In this document: positions 8,115 to 17,361 of the stretch, in pieces | Layout: the number at the start of each line of letters is the position of its first letter | Numbering within the stretch: position 1 is the first letter of the stretch | IMG/VR virus record: IMGVR_UViG_3300022073_000015 | From: a virus | Direction: 5' to 3' (one strand) | Length of the DNA stretch: 49,077 nt | Made by a program: the position numbers and the translations under genes | Notes under the pieces: model-generated | The model's database searches: none | The model's input: only the letters and a program-made list of their open reading frames with translations | What the model was told of the DNA's origin: nothing

Positions 8115-8822
8115 ATGATATTTTTCCCTCAATCATATTTTGTACCTCTTACTGTGGTTGAGGGGTACGTGCTGGACCGGTCAGACGCGCCGTCACGCAT
8201 TTATGCTCAGTACCGTAACAAGCCTAAAGCTGTAGCGTGGTATAACATCACGCGCAGCCTTGCGACTAAACTGAACAGTGTGATGCAAGCTGTGCGGGTG
8301 ATGTACAACATTGACACCGCACAGGGCGCACAGCTTGATATCCTCGGTCGTATCGTTGTCGTACCCCGTGATTTTCTGGGATATGTGGCGTTAAATCCGG
8401 GAATGTTTGCGGACCCTGACGGTGCTGAGTTTGGTGATGAAAGCGCAATGTTCAGTGCACTCAGTATTGACCAGGATGCACAGATGTCGGACGACCTGTA
8501 TCGTCTGGTCATCAAGTCCAAAATCATCAAAAACAACTCAGATGCCACGCTTGAGTCTATTCTGTACGGTATTAACTTCCTGTTGCCAAACGCAAATATT
8601 CTCCGTGTGGTTGACGGGGAGGATATGTCATTCAGTGTGGAATTTTACGGTAACATCACCGACCTTGAACGTTGGGCATTACTGAATGGTTCTCTTGTGC
8701 CAAAACCACAGGGAGTTAAGTTTAATGGTTTCCTCGAAGGTTACGATTATGTACAATTCGGGGACAGTGAAACTCAGTTCGGCGATACATACGCCGAGTT
8801 CGTCGGATTTACGGGAGTCTGA
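8115..8822 (+). CDS. Baseplate/tail fiber-associated protein (DUF2612 / Mu gp48-like)
   Basis: 235 aa. Position next to the J-like and fiber genes. Family resemblance from memory only. Confidence 0.4.
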   Translation: MIFFPQSYFVPLTVVEGYVLDRSDAPSRIYAQYRNKPKAVAWYNITRSLATKLNSVMQAVRVMYNIDTAQGAQLDILGRIVVVPRDFLGYVALNPGMFADPDGAEFGDESAMFSALSIDQDAQMSDDLYRLVIKSKIIKNNSDATLESILYGINFLLPNANILRVVDGEDMSFSVEFYGNITDLERWALLNGSLVPKPQGVKFNGFLEGYDYVQFGDSETQFGDTYAEFVGFTGV

Positions 8823-8825
8823 TAA

Positions 8826-9461
8826 ATGGCTTTAAAACGTAACGAGCGTTACCCGGGGAGATTTGGCAACCCCAATGCAGCACACCCACAGGGGGCGTTT
8901 AAAAACCGGACTTCCCCAACATCTCAGGACGGTTCGTATCTTGAATCTGACTGGGCTAATGACTGGGATGGTTTCTTTGCACGACTTCTGACAGTTGCTG
9001 GTGTAACAGCAAACGGCAACGTGGATACTGGCACATCCAGTCAGTATTACGATGCCCTTGTTGCAGCAATTAAATCCACACTTGGCACCGCTGCGCAACG
9101 TGATGTTGGTGATAGAAATGACCGAATCCCGGATATGAGTTACTTTACAGGTATCAGGGAAGGGAAAGGTTATCAAAAAATTCCCGGTGGTATGATTATG
9201 CAGTGGGGTAGGGTAAATGTGGTCACAGCGAACACGTCTGCAGATGTGATTGTTGACCAGTTCAAAATACCTTTTCCGGGTGCTGCAATGCAGTGTTTTG
9301 CGACAGTTCGGCAATCACAGGTGAATTTTCCTAGCTTTGCGTGTGCCGACGCTATAAACCAGAATGAAATCAGAGTACAAGCTGTGGCCATCGACATCAC
9401 TAACAAAACCATTACACAAGGTCAAATTGTACCTGTGGCATGGTTTGCCATAGGGTATTGA
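8826..9461 (+). CDS. Tail fiber protein (short, gp53-like C-terminal domain)
   Basis: 211 aa. The N-terminus (RYPGRFGNPNAAHPQGAFKNRTSPTSQDGSYLESDWAND) is typical of fiber shafts. Followed by a Tfa-type chaperone gene. Confidence 0.55.
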   Translation: MALKRNERYPGRFGNPNAAHPQGAFKNRTSPTSQDGSYLESDWANDWDGFFARLLTVAGVTANGNVDTGTSSQYYDALVAAIKSTLGTAAQRDVGDRNDRIPDMSYFTGIREGKGYQKIPGGMIMQWGRVNVVTANTSADVIVDQFKIPFPGAAMQCFATVRQSQVNFPSFACADAINQNEIRVQAVAIDITNKTITQGQIVPVAWFAIGY

Positions 9462-9463
9462 TT

Positions 9464-9874
9464 ATGGGAAATTATATTTTCAGTAACAACGCATTCTATC
9501 CCGTTTCAATGAAAGATATTTATGTTGCTGCGGGTAGTTGGCCGGAGGAAGGTATTGAGGTTAGTGAAGAGGTTTTCAATACCTTTAGTGGTATCAGTCC
9601 AGATGGTAAAACGAGAGGTAAGGATGACGAAGGAATGCCGGCATGGGTTAATTTACCCGCACCAACCAAGGAAGAATTAACCTTACAAACCGAGTCAAAA
9701 CGGTTAGAGTTAAAACGTACTGCAGATTCAGAGATTGCATGGCGTCAGGATGCTGTTGATGCTGAAATGGCAACTGAGGATGAAGTAACAGCACTGATAG
9801 CATGGAAGAAATATCGTGTATTGCTGATGCGCGTGGATGTCAACTCTCCAAAATGGCCAAAGGTTCCATCATGA
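9464..9874 (+). CDS. Tail fiber assembly protein (Tfa / gpU-like chaperone)
   Basis: Begins MGNYIFSNNAFYP... and has a C-terminal ...ALIAWKKYRVLLMRVD motif characteristic of Tfa proteins. Confidence 0.7.
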   Translation: MGNYIFSNNAFYPVSMKDIYVAAGSWPEEGIEVSEEVFNTFSGISPDGKTRGKDDEGMPAWVNLPAPTKEELTLQTESKRLELKRTADSEIAWRQDAVDAEMATEDEVTALIAWKKYRVLLMRVDVNSPKWPKVPS

Positions 9875-10386
9875 CACTCGACCAGATTATTGACGCCACA
9901 ATCAAAGCGGAAGGGGGTTATGTAAATGACCCCGCTGACAGTGGTGGCGCAACTAAATACGGCATTACCGAGCGTGTAGCCCGTGCAAACGGCTACACCG
10001 GTTCAATGCGTGACTTACCACTACAGACTGCCCGTGATATTTACAAGCGCGAGTATGCTGAGAAACCCGGATTTATCGCATTCCCGTCAGAGATTGCTGC
10101 TGAACTCTTTGATACGGGTGTCAATATGGGCACATCTACTGCAACAAAATTCCTGCAACGTGCAGTCAATGCGCTGGCGGGAAGTGGTATTGCTGTTGAT
10201 GGTAAAATGGGTCCGGCGACACGCAATGCTGTCAACACGTATCTGGCATCACGCAGTAATGCGGTGAGTATTCTTGTAAAAGCACTCAATGGTTTGCAAT
10301 GTGTGAGATACATTGAGATTGTTGAGGGTAACGCCACGCAGCGTCGCTTTATCAACGGCTGGATTGGTCAGAGGGTGGAAATATGA
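9871..10386 (+). CDS. Endolysin, glycoside hydrolase family 108 with a PG_binding_3 domain
   Basis: EGGYVNDPADSGGATKYGIT motif at the N-terminus. VDGKMGPATRNAV peptidoglycan-binding motif. ATGA overlap upstream. Confidence 0.85.
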   Translation: MTLDQIIDATIKAEGGYVNDPADSGGATKYGITERVARANGYTGSMRDLPLQTARDIYKREYAEKPGFIAFPSEIAAELFDTGVNMGTSTATKFLQRAVNALAGSGIAVDGKMGPATRNAVNTYLASRSNAVSILVKALNGLQCVRYIEIVEGNATQRRFINGWIGQRVEI

Positions 10387-10718
10387 CATACATCCTTGTC
10401 TTTGCTGTTATTGCTTTGAGCGCGGTTATAGTGCTGCTTCTGTTGCAGCGCTTCACTACGCTTGAGTTTGTATCACATGCCAAGCTCCTGTGGAAAACGT
10501 GGTCAATCTGGCTCGGTTCTCTGGGTACTACTCTGACCGCTATTTTCTACGCTTTTCCTGACGCGGCTATCTCAGCGTGGTCATACCTGCCGGATGACAT
10601 CAAATCCAGTCTTCCACCCACCGTTGTGAGCTTCATCGGACCGTTCATGATGTTCATGGGCTTGCTGTCACAGTTTGTTAAGCAACGTAAACTTACGGAG
10701 CAACGTAACAATGGGTGA
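10383..10718 (+). CDS. Holin candidate (multi-TM membrane protein)
   Basis: 111 aa with several hydrophobic helices and a charged C-terminus. Sits between the endolysin and the spanins. Confidence 0.55.
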   Translation: MTYILVFAVIALSAVIVLLLLQRFTTLEFVSHAKLLWKTWSIWLGSLGTTLTAIFYAFPDAAISAWSYLPDDIKSSLPPTVVSFIGPFMMFMGLLSQFVKQRKLTEQRNNG

Positions 10719-10965
10719 AATTTACGGATGGGTAGCGGGTGCATTGGGTGTCATTGTCGCACTGGTGATGGCGTGGCTGAGTGGTCGTAGTACGGGCAAG
10801 CAAAAGCAGGCTGAACAGACTGTGGAAGCGACCAAAGTTGCAGCAGAACGTCAGGTTACGGCATCGCGGGAGGCCGCAAATGTTGACCAGAAAGTTAATA
10901 ATTCTACTGACGCTGATGTTGATAAGCAGTTGCTCGACAAATGGACCCGTCCCGGTAGTCGTTGA
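10711..10965 (+). CDS. i-spanin (Rz-like)
   Basis: ATG at 10711. N-terminal TM helix (WVAGALGVIVALVMAWL) followed by a charged periplasmic region. Confidence 0.6.
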   Translation: MGEIYGWVAGALGVIVALVMAWLSGRSTGKQKQAEQTVEATKVAAERQVTASREAANVDQKVNNSTDADVDKQLLDKWTRPGSR

Positions 10966-11107
10966 TACAGCGTGTAACTGGGTGCAACCCATATTGGTAA
11001 CACCACACGACGTGGAAGTGATGGACACGCAAACCAAGCGCGCCATTCTTGCACACAATGAGAAATGGGACGCTAATTGCGGTTCTGTTAAATCCACGGT
11101 AAACTAA
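10880..11107 (+). CDS. o-spanin (Rz1-like lipoprotein), overlapped architecture
   Basis: ATG at 10880 in the +1 frame inside the i-spanin gene, preceded by a gggagg RBS. Lipobox LMLISSC. Extends beyond the i-spanin stop. Confidence 0.65.
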   Translation: MLTRKLIILLTLMLISSCSTNGPVPVVVDTACNWVQPILVTPHDVEVMDTQTKRAILAHNEKWDANCGSVKSTVN

Positions 11108-11135
11108 GAGCAATCTTATACGTACCGGGTAACAG

Positions 11136-11558
11136 ATGATTTATACCGCGCTTATCTTCGCATTATTGCTGAGACCGCACCGGGCAAGCTTCATGTTTGT
11201 CATGGTTCCGACTCTCTTCAATCTCCTCTGCGGTAATCTCGACGGTTCCCTTTACTTTCCTCTCGCAGCCCTGTGTGACTTTGCCGTCACTGGCTTGCTT
11301 TTCAATTTCAGAATGGACCGAAAAGTATTTGAAATGATGGTCTTGTGTGCGGTTTCGATTACACTTAACCTGCTGGGTTGGCTAATGTGGTTCACATACC
11401 AGTCACCGGACCTCTACGTAAATCTTTTCGGTATCTTCTACATCGTGGCGATAGCGCTGATACTGAGAAAGGATGATAAGAATGCGGGAGGTATTGGACT
11501 TCATATCGACTACGCTGTTCATCATCCTGATGTTAATACAAGCGGTCGACTGGGTTAA
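11136..11558 (+). CDS. Integral membrane protein
   Basis: 140 aa with about four hydrophobic helices. Confidence 0.45.
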   Translation: MIYTALIFALLLRPHRASFMFVMVPTLFNLLCGNLDGSLYFPLAALCDFAVTGLLFNFRMDRKVFEMMVLCAVSITLNLLGWLMWFTYQSPDLYVNLFGIFYIVAIALILRKDDKNAGGIGLHIDYAVHHPDVNTSGRLG

Positions 11559-11566
11559 GAGGGCTT

Positions 11567-11857
11567 ATGAACAACTTCGTAGCGGACCCACGAGTGGGCG
11601 CGGGCGTGGCGGGCGGAACGGGGCTGATGGGATTCCTGACGCGGATAGGCGTGACCCCTGAGTTACTGGGTATGATTGCCACACTTGTTGGTATCGTACT
11701 TTCTCTCGTCATTATCACGGTGCATGTTAAGAAGATGATTTCCGATGGTCGTGAAGCACGTTACCGTAATGAGAAAAACCGTTTAGAGATTCAGCAATTG
11801 AAGTGGAAGATGGAAATGGACAGGAAGTTAGCCGAGTCAAAGAATGACCCGGCTTGA
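11567..11857 (+). CDS. Small membrane protein (holin/antiholin-like)
   Basis: 96 aa. Gly-rich N-terminus, TM helix (IATLVGIVLSLVIITV), highly charged C-terminal tail. Confidence 0.4.
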   Translation: MNNFVADPRVGAGVAGGTGLMGFLTRIGVTPELLGMIATLVGIVLSLVIITVHVKKMISDGREARYRNEKNRLEIQQLKWKMEMDRKLAESKNDPA

Positions 11858-11862
11858 TGGGC

Positions 11863-14001
11863 TTACTTACTCGTCAACAATGGTAACACAAGTTTTTCAG
11901 CTTCCTTCACATAATACTCGTAGTCCAGACTCCCCCAGTCAAAGTCGTTAGCGTCAGCACACTCCGTTACACGCCATCCAGCACATAACCCACTCTCACG
12001 CACTGCATCGTGCTTGCTGCGGCTCTTTGTGTGAATACGCTCGTCCCACGGTATACCAGTGCTGTCCAGTTCTCCCGGTTGACCGGTAATCTCACGCACT
12101 ACCGCATGGTAGACTTCATCTGTCAGACCGTTCTTCCGCTTCCACGCTCCCGGTGTGCCCGTTGGCGGCATGAGTTTAACCAGTGACCCACCGTTGCGGC
12201 TGATAAACACACGGGTGGTGTTCTGCAACTCCTGCTCTGCGCCCCACTCCGGCCAGCGCATGACCAGACGTGCATTCCTGGGAACTTTGGCGCGCAGCAT
12301 GAAATCAAACTTGTCACGGTGGCTGGTGATGAAGGTGCGGATGTCCTCACCGCGTACCAGTGCGGCTTCTGCTGCTTTGGGTATGACGAGTGTGGATGGG
12401 TCTTTGTGATAAGGGACCTCTCGCGTTGCCGGGTTGTCATCGGCTGTCACGTATGCGTATGCACCAATACGTTTCACCTTCCCGTCTTTCTTAACAGCCA
12501 GATAAGAGTTAACGTCACGGATGCACATTTTTGCATACTCTACGTCTTCAAGCTCCAGCTTCGTCACACCTTCCCACCACCGGAAAAGAGATTTTGCATA
12601 TTCAACATGCTGATGCGGGCATTTAAACGTGATGCCGTCGGTGTTGGCCTGAATTAACAGTAAACCCGGAATTTTCACCAGTTGCTCAGCAAGCATACAC
12701 AGTAACAATTGCCCGTTTATAGTTGTGGACATAGTGTATTGTGGGTCAAGAAACGGTGAGTGTTCGTTATTAGAACCACCATACGCACCATTCAGTGCCA
12801 GTTTAAACGCACCGTTTTCCGGCTTGTCTTTACTGTATGTCTTTCGCGTTTCGTAAATACTGAGATAAGCATCACAATAAGCTTCACCCAAATGAGCCGG
12901 GTAGATTCTGTTAGCGACGGCGTAGTTTGGATAAAAACTTGCCACGTCCGCATCAATTATCACCCCCTCATCATCAGTTACAACGATGGAACGTTCAAGT
13001 GACGCATGCATCCCACCCTTACCAAAAGCAAATTCAAGACCACCTACCACCGGTAAAGTCAGCCCTTTAAACTCACCTTTCGTTTCATAGATGGTCTGAG
13101 TTTTCAGGAATTCCAGCACACGTGAAAATTCCGGATTTTCATACCTGACGTAAGGTAAAATCACTTCGGAAAGTTTAATCCCGTTTCTGTTGGTTTGCTT
13201 TTTTGCTCCTGATTCGTCGTAACAACTTACACCACGCTTTTGCATTTCCGTGACGAGAATTGTTTCTCCCATCTTCACATCGTTCATGTTGACAAAGTTC
13301 TTTTTGAACGTCTCAGACAATTGCTCACGAAGATGAATGGCGGTCAATGAACGGACATAAAACTTCAGCGTCTCGCGCACGTCGTGTTTGTTATACGCAA
13401 TAAGGGCGTCTTTCTGCTCGTCATTCAGCATCATGCCGACAGCAAACGGCAAATCTTTAACATTAGGGGAACGCATGGCAACTTCCAGCGCTTTCAGACT
13501 GGTACGTTTCGACTTGTTATCAAAGTGCCAAATTTTATAAAGGTCAATTTGTTTAAAAATCTGGTCGCGGTCCCAGATAGTTTCAGCCCATTGTCCAACC
13601 GGCTTGATTTGTGACTGCGCCTTTGCGTAAATCTGTTCCAGCGTACATCCCGGATTGTGCGCGACAAAGTGTAACACCGGGTAGTCAAACGACAGGTTGT
13701 TGAAGCCCACGCCACGGGCTTTGCTGCGCCCTAGATTGAACATGAATTCGATAAGCTGTTGCTGCTGGTTCACCCTGTCACTGATTTCGTACATCAGTTC
13801 CATACCTGTGGCGGCGTGGATAAAGCACGCTGTAAAGCAATTCCTGTACGTTTCAATGTCATAGCCCCAGTCACGCGGGTCAAGCGGTGCAGGACTGCTA
13901 AATGCGGCATCAGCGCCACAGTGCGGGCATTTGTGTAAGTCAGCAGGGTAAGTCTTGCCACACCCCGCCATCTCGTCGCAGCGCGATAAATAATGTGTCA
14001 T
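11863..14001 (-). CDS. DNA polymerase, family B, with a 3'-5' exonuclease domain and an N-terminal zinc ribbon
   Basis: Exo motifs DIETY, NLSFDYPVL and YNKHDV. Pol motifs A (DVASFYPNY), B (KLALNGAYGG) and C (ANTDGI). N-terminal CGKT...CPHCG. Confidence 0.85.
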   Translation of the reverse strand: MTHYLSRCDEMAGCGKTYPADLHKCPHCGADAAFSSPAPLDPRDWGYDIETYRNCFTACFIHAATGMELMYEISDRVNQQQQLIEFMFNLGRSKARGVGFNNLSFDYPVLHFVAHNPGCTLEQIYAKAQSQIKPVGQWAETIWDRDQIFKQIDLYKIWHFDNKSKRTSLKALEVAMRSPNVKDLPFAVGMMLNDEQKDALIAYNKHDVRETLKFYVRSLTAIHLREQLSETFKKNFVNMNDVKMGETILVTEMQKRGVSCYDESGAKKQTNRNGIKLSEVILPYVRYENPEFSRVLEFLKTQTIYETKGEFKGLTLPVVGGLEFAFGKGGMHASLERSIVVTDDEGVIIDADVASFYPNYAVANRIYPAHLGEAYCDAYLSIYETRKTYSKDKPENGAFKLALNGAYGGSNNEHSPFLDPQYTMSTTINGQLLLCMLAEQLVKIPGLLLIQANTDGITFKCPHQHVEYAKSLFRWWEGVTKLELEDVEYAKMCIRDVNSYLAVKKDGKVKRIGAYAYVTADDNPATREVPYHKDPSTLVIPKAAEAALVRGEDIRTFITSHRDKFDFMLRAKVPRNARLVMRWPEWGAEQELQNTTRVFISRNGGSLVKLMPPTGTPGAWKRKNGLTDEVYHAVVREITGQPGELDSTGIPWDERIHTKSRSKHDAVRESGLCAGWRVTECADANDFDWGSLDYEYYVKEAEKLVLPLLTSK

Positions 14002-14011
14002 ATTTTATCTC

Positions 14012-14038
14012 TCTGAAAGAAAAGCCCCGTGAGGGGCT
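14012..14038 (-). terminator. Intrinsic terminator upstream of the polymerase gene
   Basis: Minus strand reads agcccc-tcac-ggggct followed by tttctttc. Confidence 0.55.
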
Positions 14039-14046
14039 TAAAGGTG

Positions 14047-14262
14047 TTACGAGTGGACCGTATAAATCACATCAGGATTACTTTTCAGTTCATGTACCAC
14101 ACCATCGGGTACGTCTTCCCATGTGACTTTACCGGCGTTGAATACAAATTTTTTAAGTTTACCGTCCTGCCAGCCATACGTGTCGGCGATTAACGTGTCG
14201 TTTTCGTTACGGTATCGAGCTAAAAATGCTCCATTTTTCGGCATGATTTTAACATCTGACAT
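14047..14262 (-). CDS. Hypothetical protein
   Basis: 71-aa ORF in the leftward operon. Confidence 0.45.
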   Translation of the reverse strand: MSDVKIMPKNGAFLARYRNENDTLIADTYGWQDGKLKKFVFNAGKVTWEDVPDGVVHELKSNPDVIYTVHS

Positions 14263-14266
14263 CCTC

Positions 14267-14422
14267 TCACCCCTTTGTATAACCGTCGTATGTTTTGTTC
14301 AGGTTGTTGCGGTTGACATATTCCCGGCGTTGTTCCTGAACCTCTTTTGTGGCCTTGTCGAGTTCGGCTAACTTCTGGTCAAACTCAGACAGGCGTTTCG
14401 TATGTTGGTTAAATTCGACCAT
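14267..14422 (-). CDS. Small coiled-coil protein
   Basis: An internal ATG at 14422 overlaps the upstream stop (TGATG) and gives 51 aa (MVEFNQHTKRLSEFDQKLAELDK...). Confidence 0.4.
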   Translation of the reverse strand: MVEFNQHTKRLSEFDQKLAELDKATKEVQEQRREYVNRNNLNKTYDGYTKG

Positions 14423-14802
14423 CAGCGAATCTCCAAATCCGGAATGATGACAGAAGGTTTGAATGTCACGCGGTAATGATTGACGCTGGCGTTGGTACCA
14501 CTCAAATCTTCCATAAACCATGTGACATTATCAGAAAGACCCAACATGTGTTTTTTATAAATACCCGGACCAGTTTTGCAAATTACACCTAATGTGCGGT
14601 CTGTGCTGCTGTTATCTTTAGAGCAAAGCCCCGTGATTTCCAGCATGAATTCACCGGTGATACCGTTGTAAAATACAAAACGGCGATTTGCTTCAAAATT
14701 ATCAGCCGCTTTGCTGACATTCCGACTAGCCACATCAGCATCGTTTACATCGCAACCTGCTAATGAAAACAAACTGAGCACAACCAGTAATGCTTTTTTC
14801 AT
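14422..14802 (-). CDS. Lipoprotein (candidate superinfection-exclusion factor)
   Basis: MKKALLVVLSLFSLAGC is a signal peptide with a lipobox. 126 aa. Confidence 0.6.
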   Translation of the reverse strand: MKKALLVVLSLFSLAGCDVNDADVASRNVSKAADNFEANRRFVFYNGITGEFMLEITGLCSKDNSSTDRTLGVICKTGPGIYKKHMLGLSDNVTWFMEDLSGTNASVNHYRVTFKPSVIIPDLEIR

Positions 14803-14820
14803 CTCTTTACTCTCCGTAAA

Positions 14821-14843
14821 TTAAACCCCGGCTCACACCGGGG
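14821..14843 (-). terminator. Hairpin/terminator after the SSB-like gene
   Basis: Minus strand reads ccccgg-tgtgag-ccgggg followed by tttaattta. Confidence 0.45.
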
Positions 14844-14851
14844 CATTGTGG

Positions 14852-15658
14852 TTATACGCGTGGCAGGTTAGCCAGATGTTCAACTGACCAGCCCGGCATG
14901 TCTAAGAGTTGTGAGCGGGTATATACCGCACCGTTCACGTTATACTTCTCCTCAACCGGAGCAACAGGCGGAGGTGTTACCAGCAGGTCAGTTGCCGGAG
15001 GTGGTGTTGCAGGTGCTGGAGCGGCTGGCGTGGATACGAGAGCAGGTGATGCGCCACCGCCGAATACCGAAGCAGCATCCGGACCGCTACCCTCACGTAC
15101 AATCAGTTCACCCGGACGGTTCAGTTCCAGCAGGTTAGGGTTGAGATACACACCCGGTGTTTTGGATGGTTTGTTACCCTTCGCCACGATGTTCACACGT
15201 ACATAGTCACCCAGCTTGATAGCATTAGCGTCCTGAATCGCATCAAGCGGTGAGTATTTGCCGACGTGATAACAGTTGTACGGAATGCGTGTGGTCAGGT
15301 TGACAATCCAGTGGCCGCGTTTGTGCGGGTCGCTGTTCGGTGCGTGACCGGCTTTATTTGGAATGTCGCTGTCACCGTCTACCACCTTCCATGAGAAGTC
15401 TGGCCGACGTGTGGTTGCAGCGTCATAACCGTTCTCAGCGTCCATTGCCGCCATAACGATTTGTTTACCCCACTCGGCATCTTTCCAGTCAGATTCACCA
15501 GTTTTGGGAATTGCGATGCCGATATACACTTCTTTGACCGGCTGACCATCTTTACCAATCAGCGGTTGTTTGGTGACTTCATCAGTACGGGTGTTTTGTT
15601 TCAGCGGATGACCGTGAATCAGGCGTGCAACAGGGGTAACAAAAGTAAATTGAGCCAT
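14852..15658 (-). CDS. ssDNA-binding protein candidate (T7 gp2.5-like / DUF2815-like)
   Basis: 268 aa. Sits between the Cas4-like nuclease and polymerase genes, as in DUF2800-DUF2815-polymerase clusters. Pro/Ala-rich linker near the C-terminus. Family call from memory. Confidence 0.4.
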   Translation of the reverse strand: MAQFTFVTPVARLIHGHPLKQNTRTDEVTKQPLIGKDGQPVKEVYIGIAIPKTGESDWKDAEWGKQIVMAAMDAENGYDAATTRRPDFSWKVVDGDSDIPNKAGHAPNSDPHKRGHWIVNLTTRIPYNCYHVGKYSPLDAIQDANAIKLGDYVRVNIVAKGNKPSKTPGVYLNPNLLELNRPGELIVREGSGPDAASVFGGGASPALVSTPAAPAPATPPPATDLLVTPPPVAPVEEKYNVNGAVYTRSQLLDMPGWSVEHLANLPRV

Positions 15659-15744
15659 TCTATAAATCCTCTCTGCTAAATGTGGGACACCCTCTGTGTC
15701 CCGGTGTTGATAAATCTACATCACTCTGACGAATGCGTCAACAA

Positions 15745-16872
15745 CTATTTGCGTTCAAATACGCTACGAATAGCGCGTTCATTAACCTGTTCCAGCTTGA
15801 CACCGGTGACAGGTGTTTCGGCGTACTGCTCAATAACGGACGGGTCGATACCTTTTTTGATACACTGTGCGGGCGTGTCCAGTTCCTGCGGTTTGCGCAA
15901 GTTCTGCCCCATCAGGTCGCCCATCATAAGCACCTGTTCAACCGGGACATCTTTCTTCCAGCGCTTACGCCCATATGTGGTTTTAGCGCCGTAGAATGTC
16001 ACGTGTTGTCCCTGCTTAATCTCATGTAGTGCCTGTTCCTCCAGACCACTGAGACGCATTTTAATCATCTCCTGTGCACGCTGCAGGAGTCGCAGTTCAA
16101 CACCCAGGGCATGACCAGACAAGTTGTGCGTCTGCAGCGACATTACGTAGTCCACACCTGCGTAACTTTGTTGCTTCAGTGTGTCGCAGTGCGCACGGGC
16201 GCTACAGTCCAGACAGTGTGGACCAGGTGTGCAGAGGGGCGTGGTGTCCAGCACACGTAACATCGTGTCATTCACCTGCTGACGGTATACACGCAGCTCA
16301 TCGTATGTGATGGCCCATTTACGCACTGTACCTTCGCTGGTAAAGCCACGGGGCTGGACCACCACCAGTTCGATAATGTCCGGTTTGGTCTGGTGTAACT
16401 CGCAGATACTGAACGCGTAAATAATCATCGGCCAGTGTTCAAACGGGTCAACAATTCTGTGACCAAACTTCGCGTCCCAGATTCGCAACACCTTCCCCTG
16501 CTCCGCAGTTACCCACGCATCCGGCACCCCGTACCAGTCAGCGTAACCCGGCACCGGACACGGCTCCTCAACGTGCAGGTCATACAGTCGCCCATGTGTA
16601 TTACAGAATCCCCACACCTCGTTAAAATACTCACGGGCGGCGTCAAACAGTTCATCCGTGATGACAATTCCATCCTTTGACAGACTGCCCACCATGTCAC
16701 CGAACGGCTCATTGCGGAACAGGCGCTGAGCAATCTCGTGGCACGCCCGGCCCTCCAGCCGGGATTGTGACGGTTCGACGTCCAGTGGTGGATGGAGTTG
16801 CTGCGCACGGAAAGACCCGTTACAGGCCATCCATTGATTCGCGTCGGATACTTTGGGTAGTTGTGTGGTCAT
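15745..16872 (-). CDS. PD-(D/E)XK nuclease with a Cas4-like Cys cluster (DUF2800-like)
   Basis: IWDAKFG (D-x-K) core. One N-terminal Cys plus CTPGPHCLDCSARAHC, consistent with a 4Fe-4S cluster. Confidence 0.6.
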   Translation of the reverse strand: MTTQLPKVSDANQWMACNGSFRAQQLHPPLDVEPSQSRLEGRACHEIAQRLFRNEPFGDMVGSLSKDGIVITDELFDAAREYFNEVWGFCNTHGRLYDLHVEEPCPVPGYADWYGVPDAWVTAEQGKVLRIWDAKFGHRIVDPFEHWPMIIYAFSICELHQTKPDIIELVVVQPRGFTSEGTVRKWAITYDELRVYRQQVNDTMLRVLDTTPLCTPGPHCLDCSARAHCDTLKQQSYAGVDYVMSLQTHNLSGHALGVELRLLQRAQEMIKMRLSGLEEQALHEIKQGQHVTFYGAKTTYGRKRWKKDVPVEQVLMMGDLMGQNLRKPQELDTPAQCIKKGIDPSVIEQYAETPVTGVKLEQVNERAIRSVFERK

Positions 16873-17150
16873 TTAAATTCCCTCACAGCGCCTGTCAGAT
16901 AACAGACTGCACCGCTGGCTTTCATTCTATACTGTCGTAAAATTGGTTCCAGTTCGCACAGGGACTTCTGGTGTCCCAATCGTAGGGGCATCTCCGAACC
17001 ATCTCCCGCACCAAACTCATTGTGTACAGGTCTCTTAATCCACGCGTATATGAATCCATATTTGTCGCGCGAGATATATTTGTAACCAGGAGGGATTTCG
17101 ATTTTCTCCCCCTCCCAATCCACCGTTGTTGTGTATTTAGTGAAACTCAT
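16869..17150 (-). CDS. Hypothetical protein
   Basis: ATG at 17150 with AGGAG 9 nt upstream (the ORF track used TTG at 17156). 4-nt overlap with the downstream gene. Confidence 0.45.
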   Translation of the reverse strand: MSFTKYTTTVDWEGEKIEIPPGYKYISRDKYGFIYAWIKRPVHNEFGAGDGSEMPLRLGHQKSLCELEPILRQYRMKASGAVCYLTGAVREFK

Positions 17151-17289
17151 ATTCAATTACTCCTTCTTCACTGATGATTTGAGCCTTATAGAATCCACCG
17201 CGGGATGCCAGTTTGTAGGCTTGTTCCATAGTCATTTCGCGGTATTCTGCGGTGCTTGTTTCAGTTTCCAGAGTCATCAGAGTGTACAT
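17137..17289 (-). CDS. Small hypothetical protein (50 aa)
   Basis: ATG at 17289 (MYTLMTLETETSTAEYREMT...). First gene after promoter site b. Below the ORF-track size cut-off. Confidence 0.35.
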   Translation of the reverse strand: MYTLMTLETETSTAEYREMTMEQAYKLASRGGFYKAQIISEEGVIEYEFH

Positions 17290-17323
17290 TTTCGTATTTC
17301 CTCAGTTCGTTATCTATGAACTA

Positions 17324-17352
17324 ACTATACTCCCCATTGACGGACTCGTCAA
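17324..17352 (-). promoter_or_regulatory. Dyad-type promoter (site b): TTGACG-N17-TATAGT, dyad 17337-17352
   Basis: Minus-strand reading. Sits directly downstream of the terminator at 17362-17386. Confidence 0.65.
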
Positions 17353-17361
17353 CATTAAATT

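Noticed and set aside
11862-11877. Fifteenth dyad copy at the polymerase gene stop (cttacttactCGTCAA)
   Set aside because: Only the right half-site and the N4 segment match. The left half is not TGACG-like, and there is no -10 at the proper distance on either strand.
14267-14521. Full-length 84-aa ORF 14267..14521 overlapping the lipoprotein gene
   Set aside because: The upstream part overlaps 14422..14802 in another frame. The internal ATG at 14422 gives a tidy TGATG coupling and a plausible 51-aa product.
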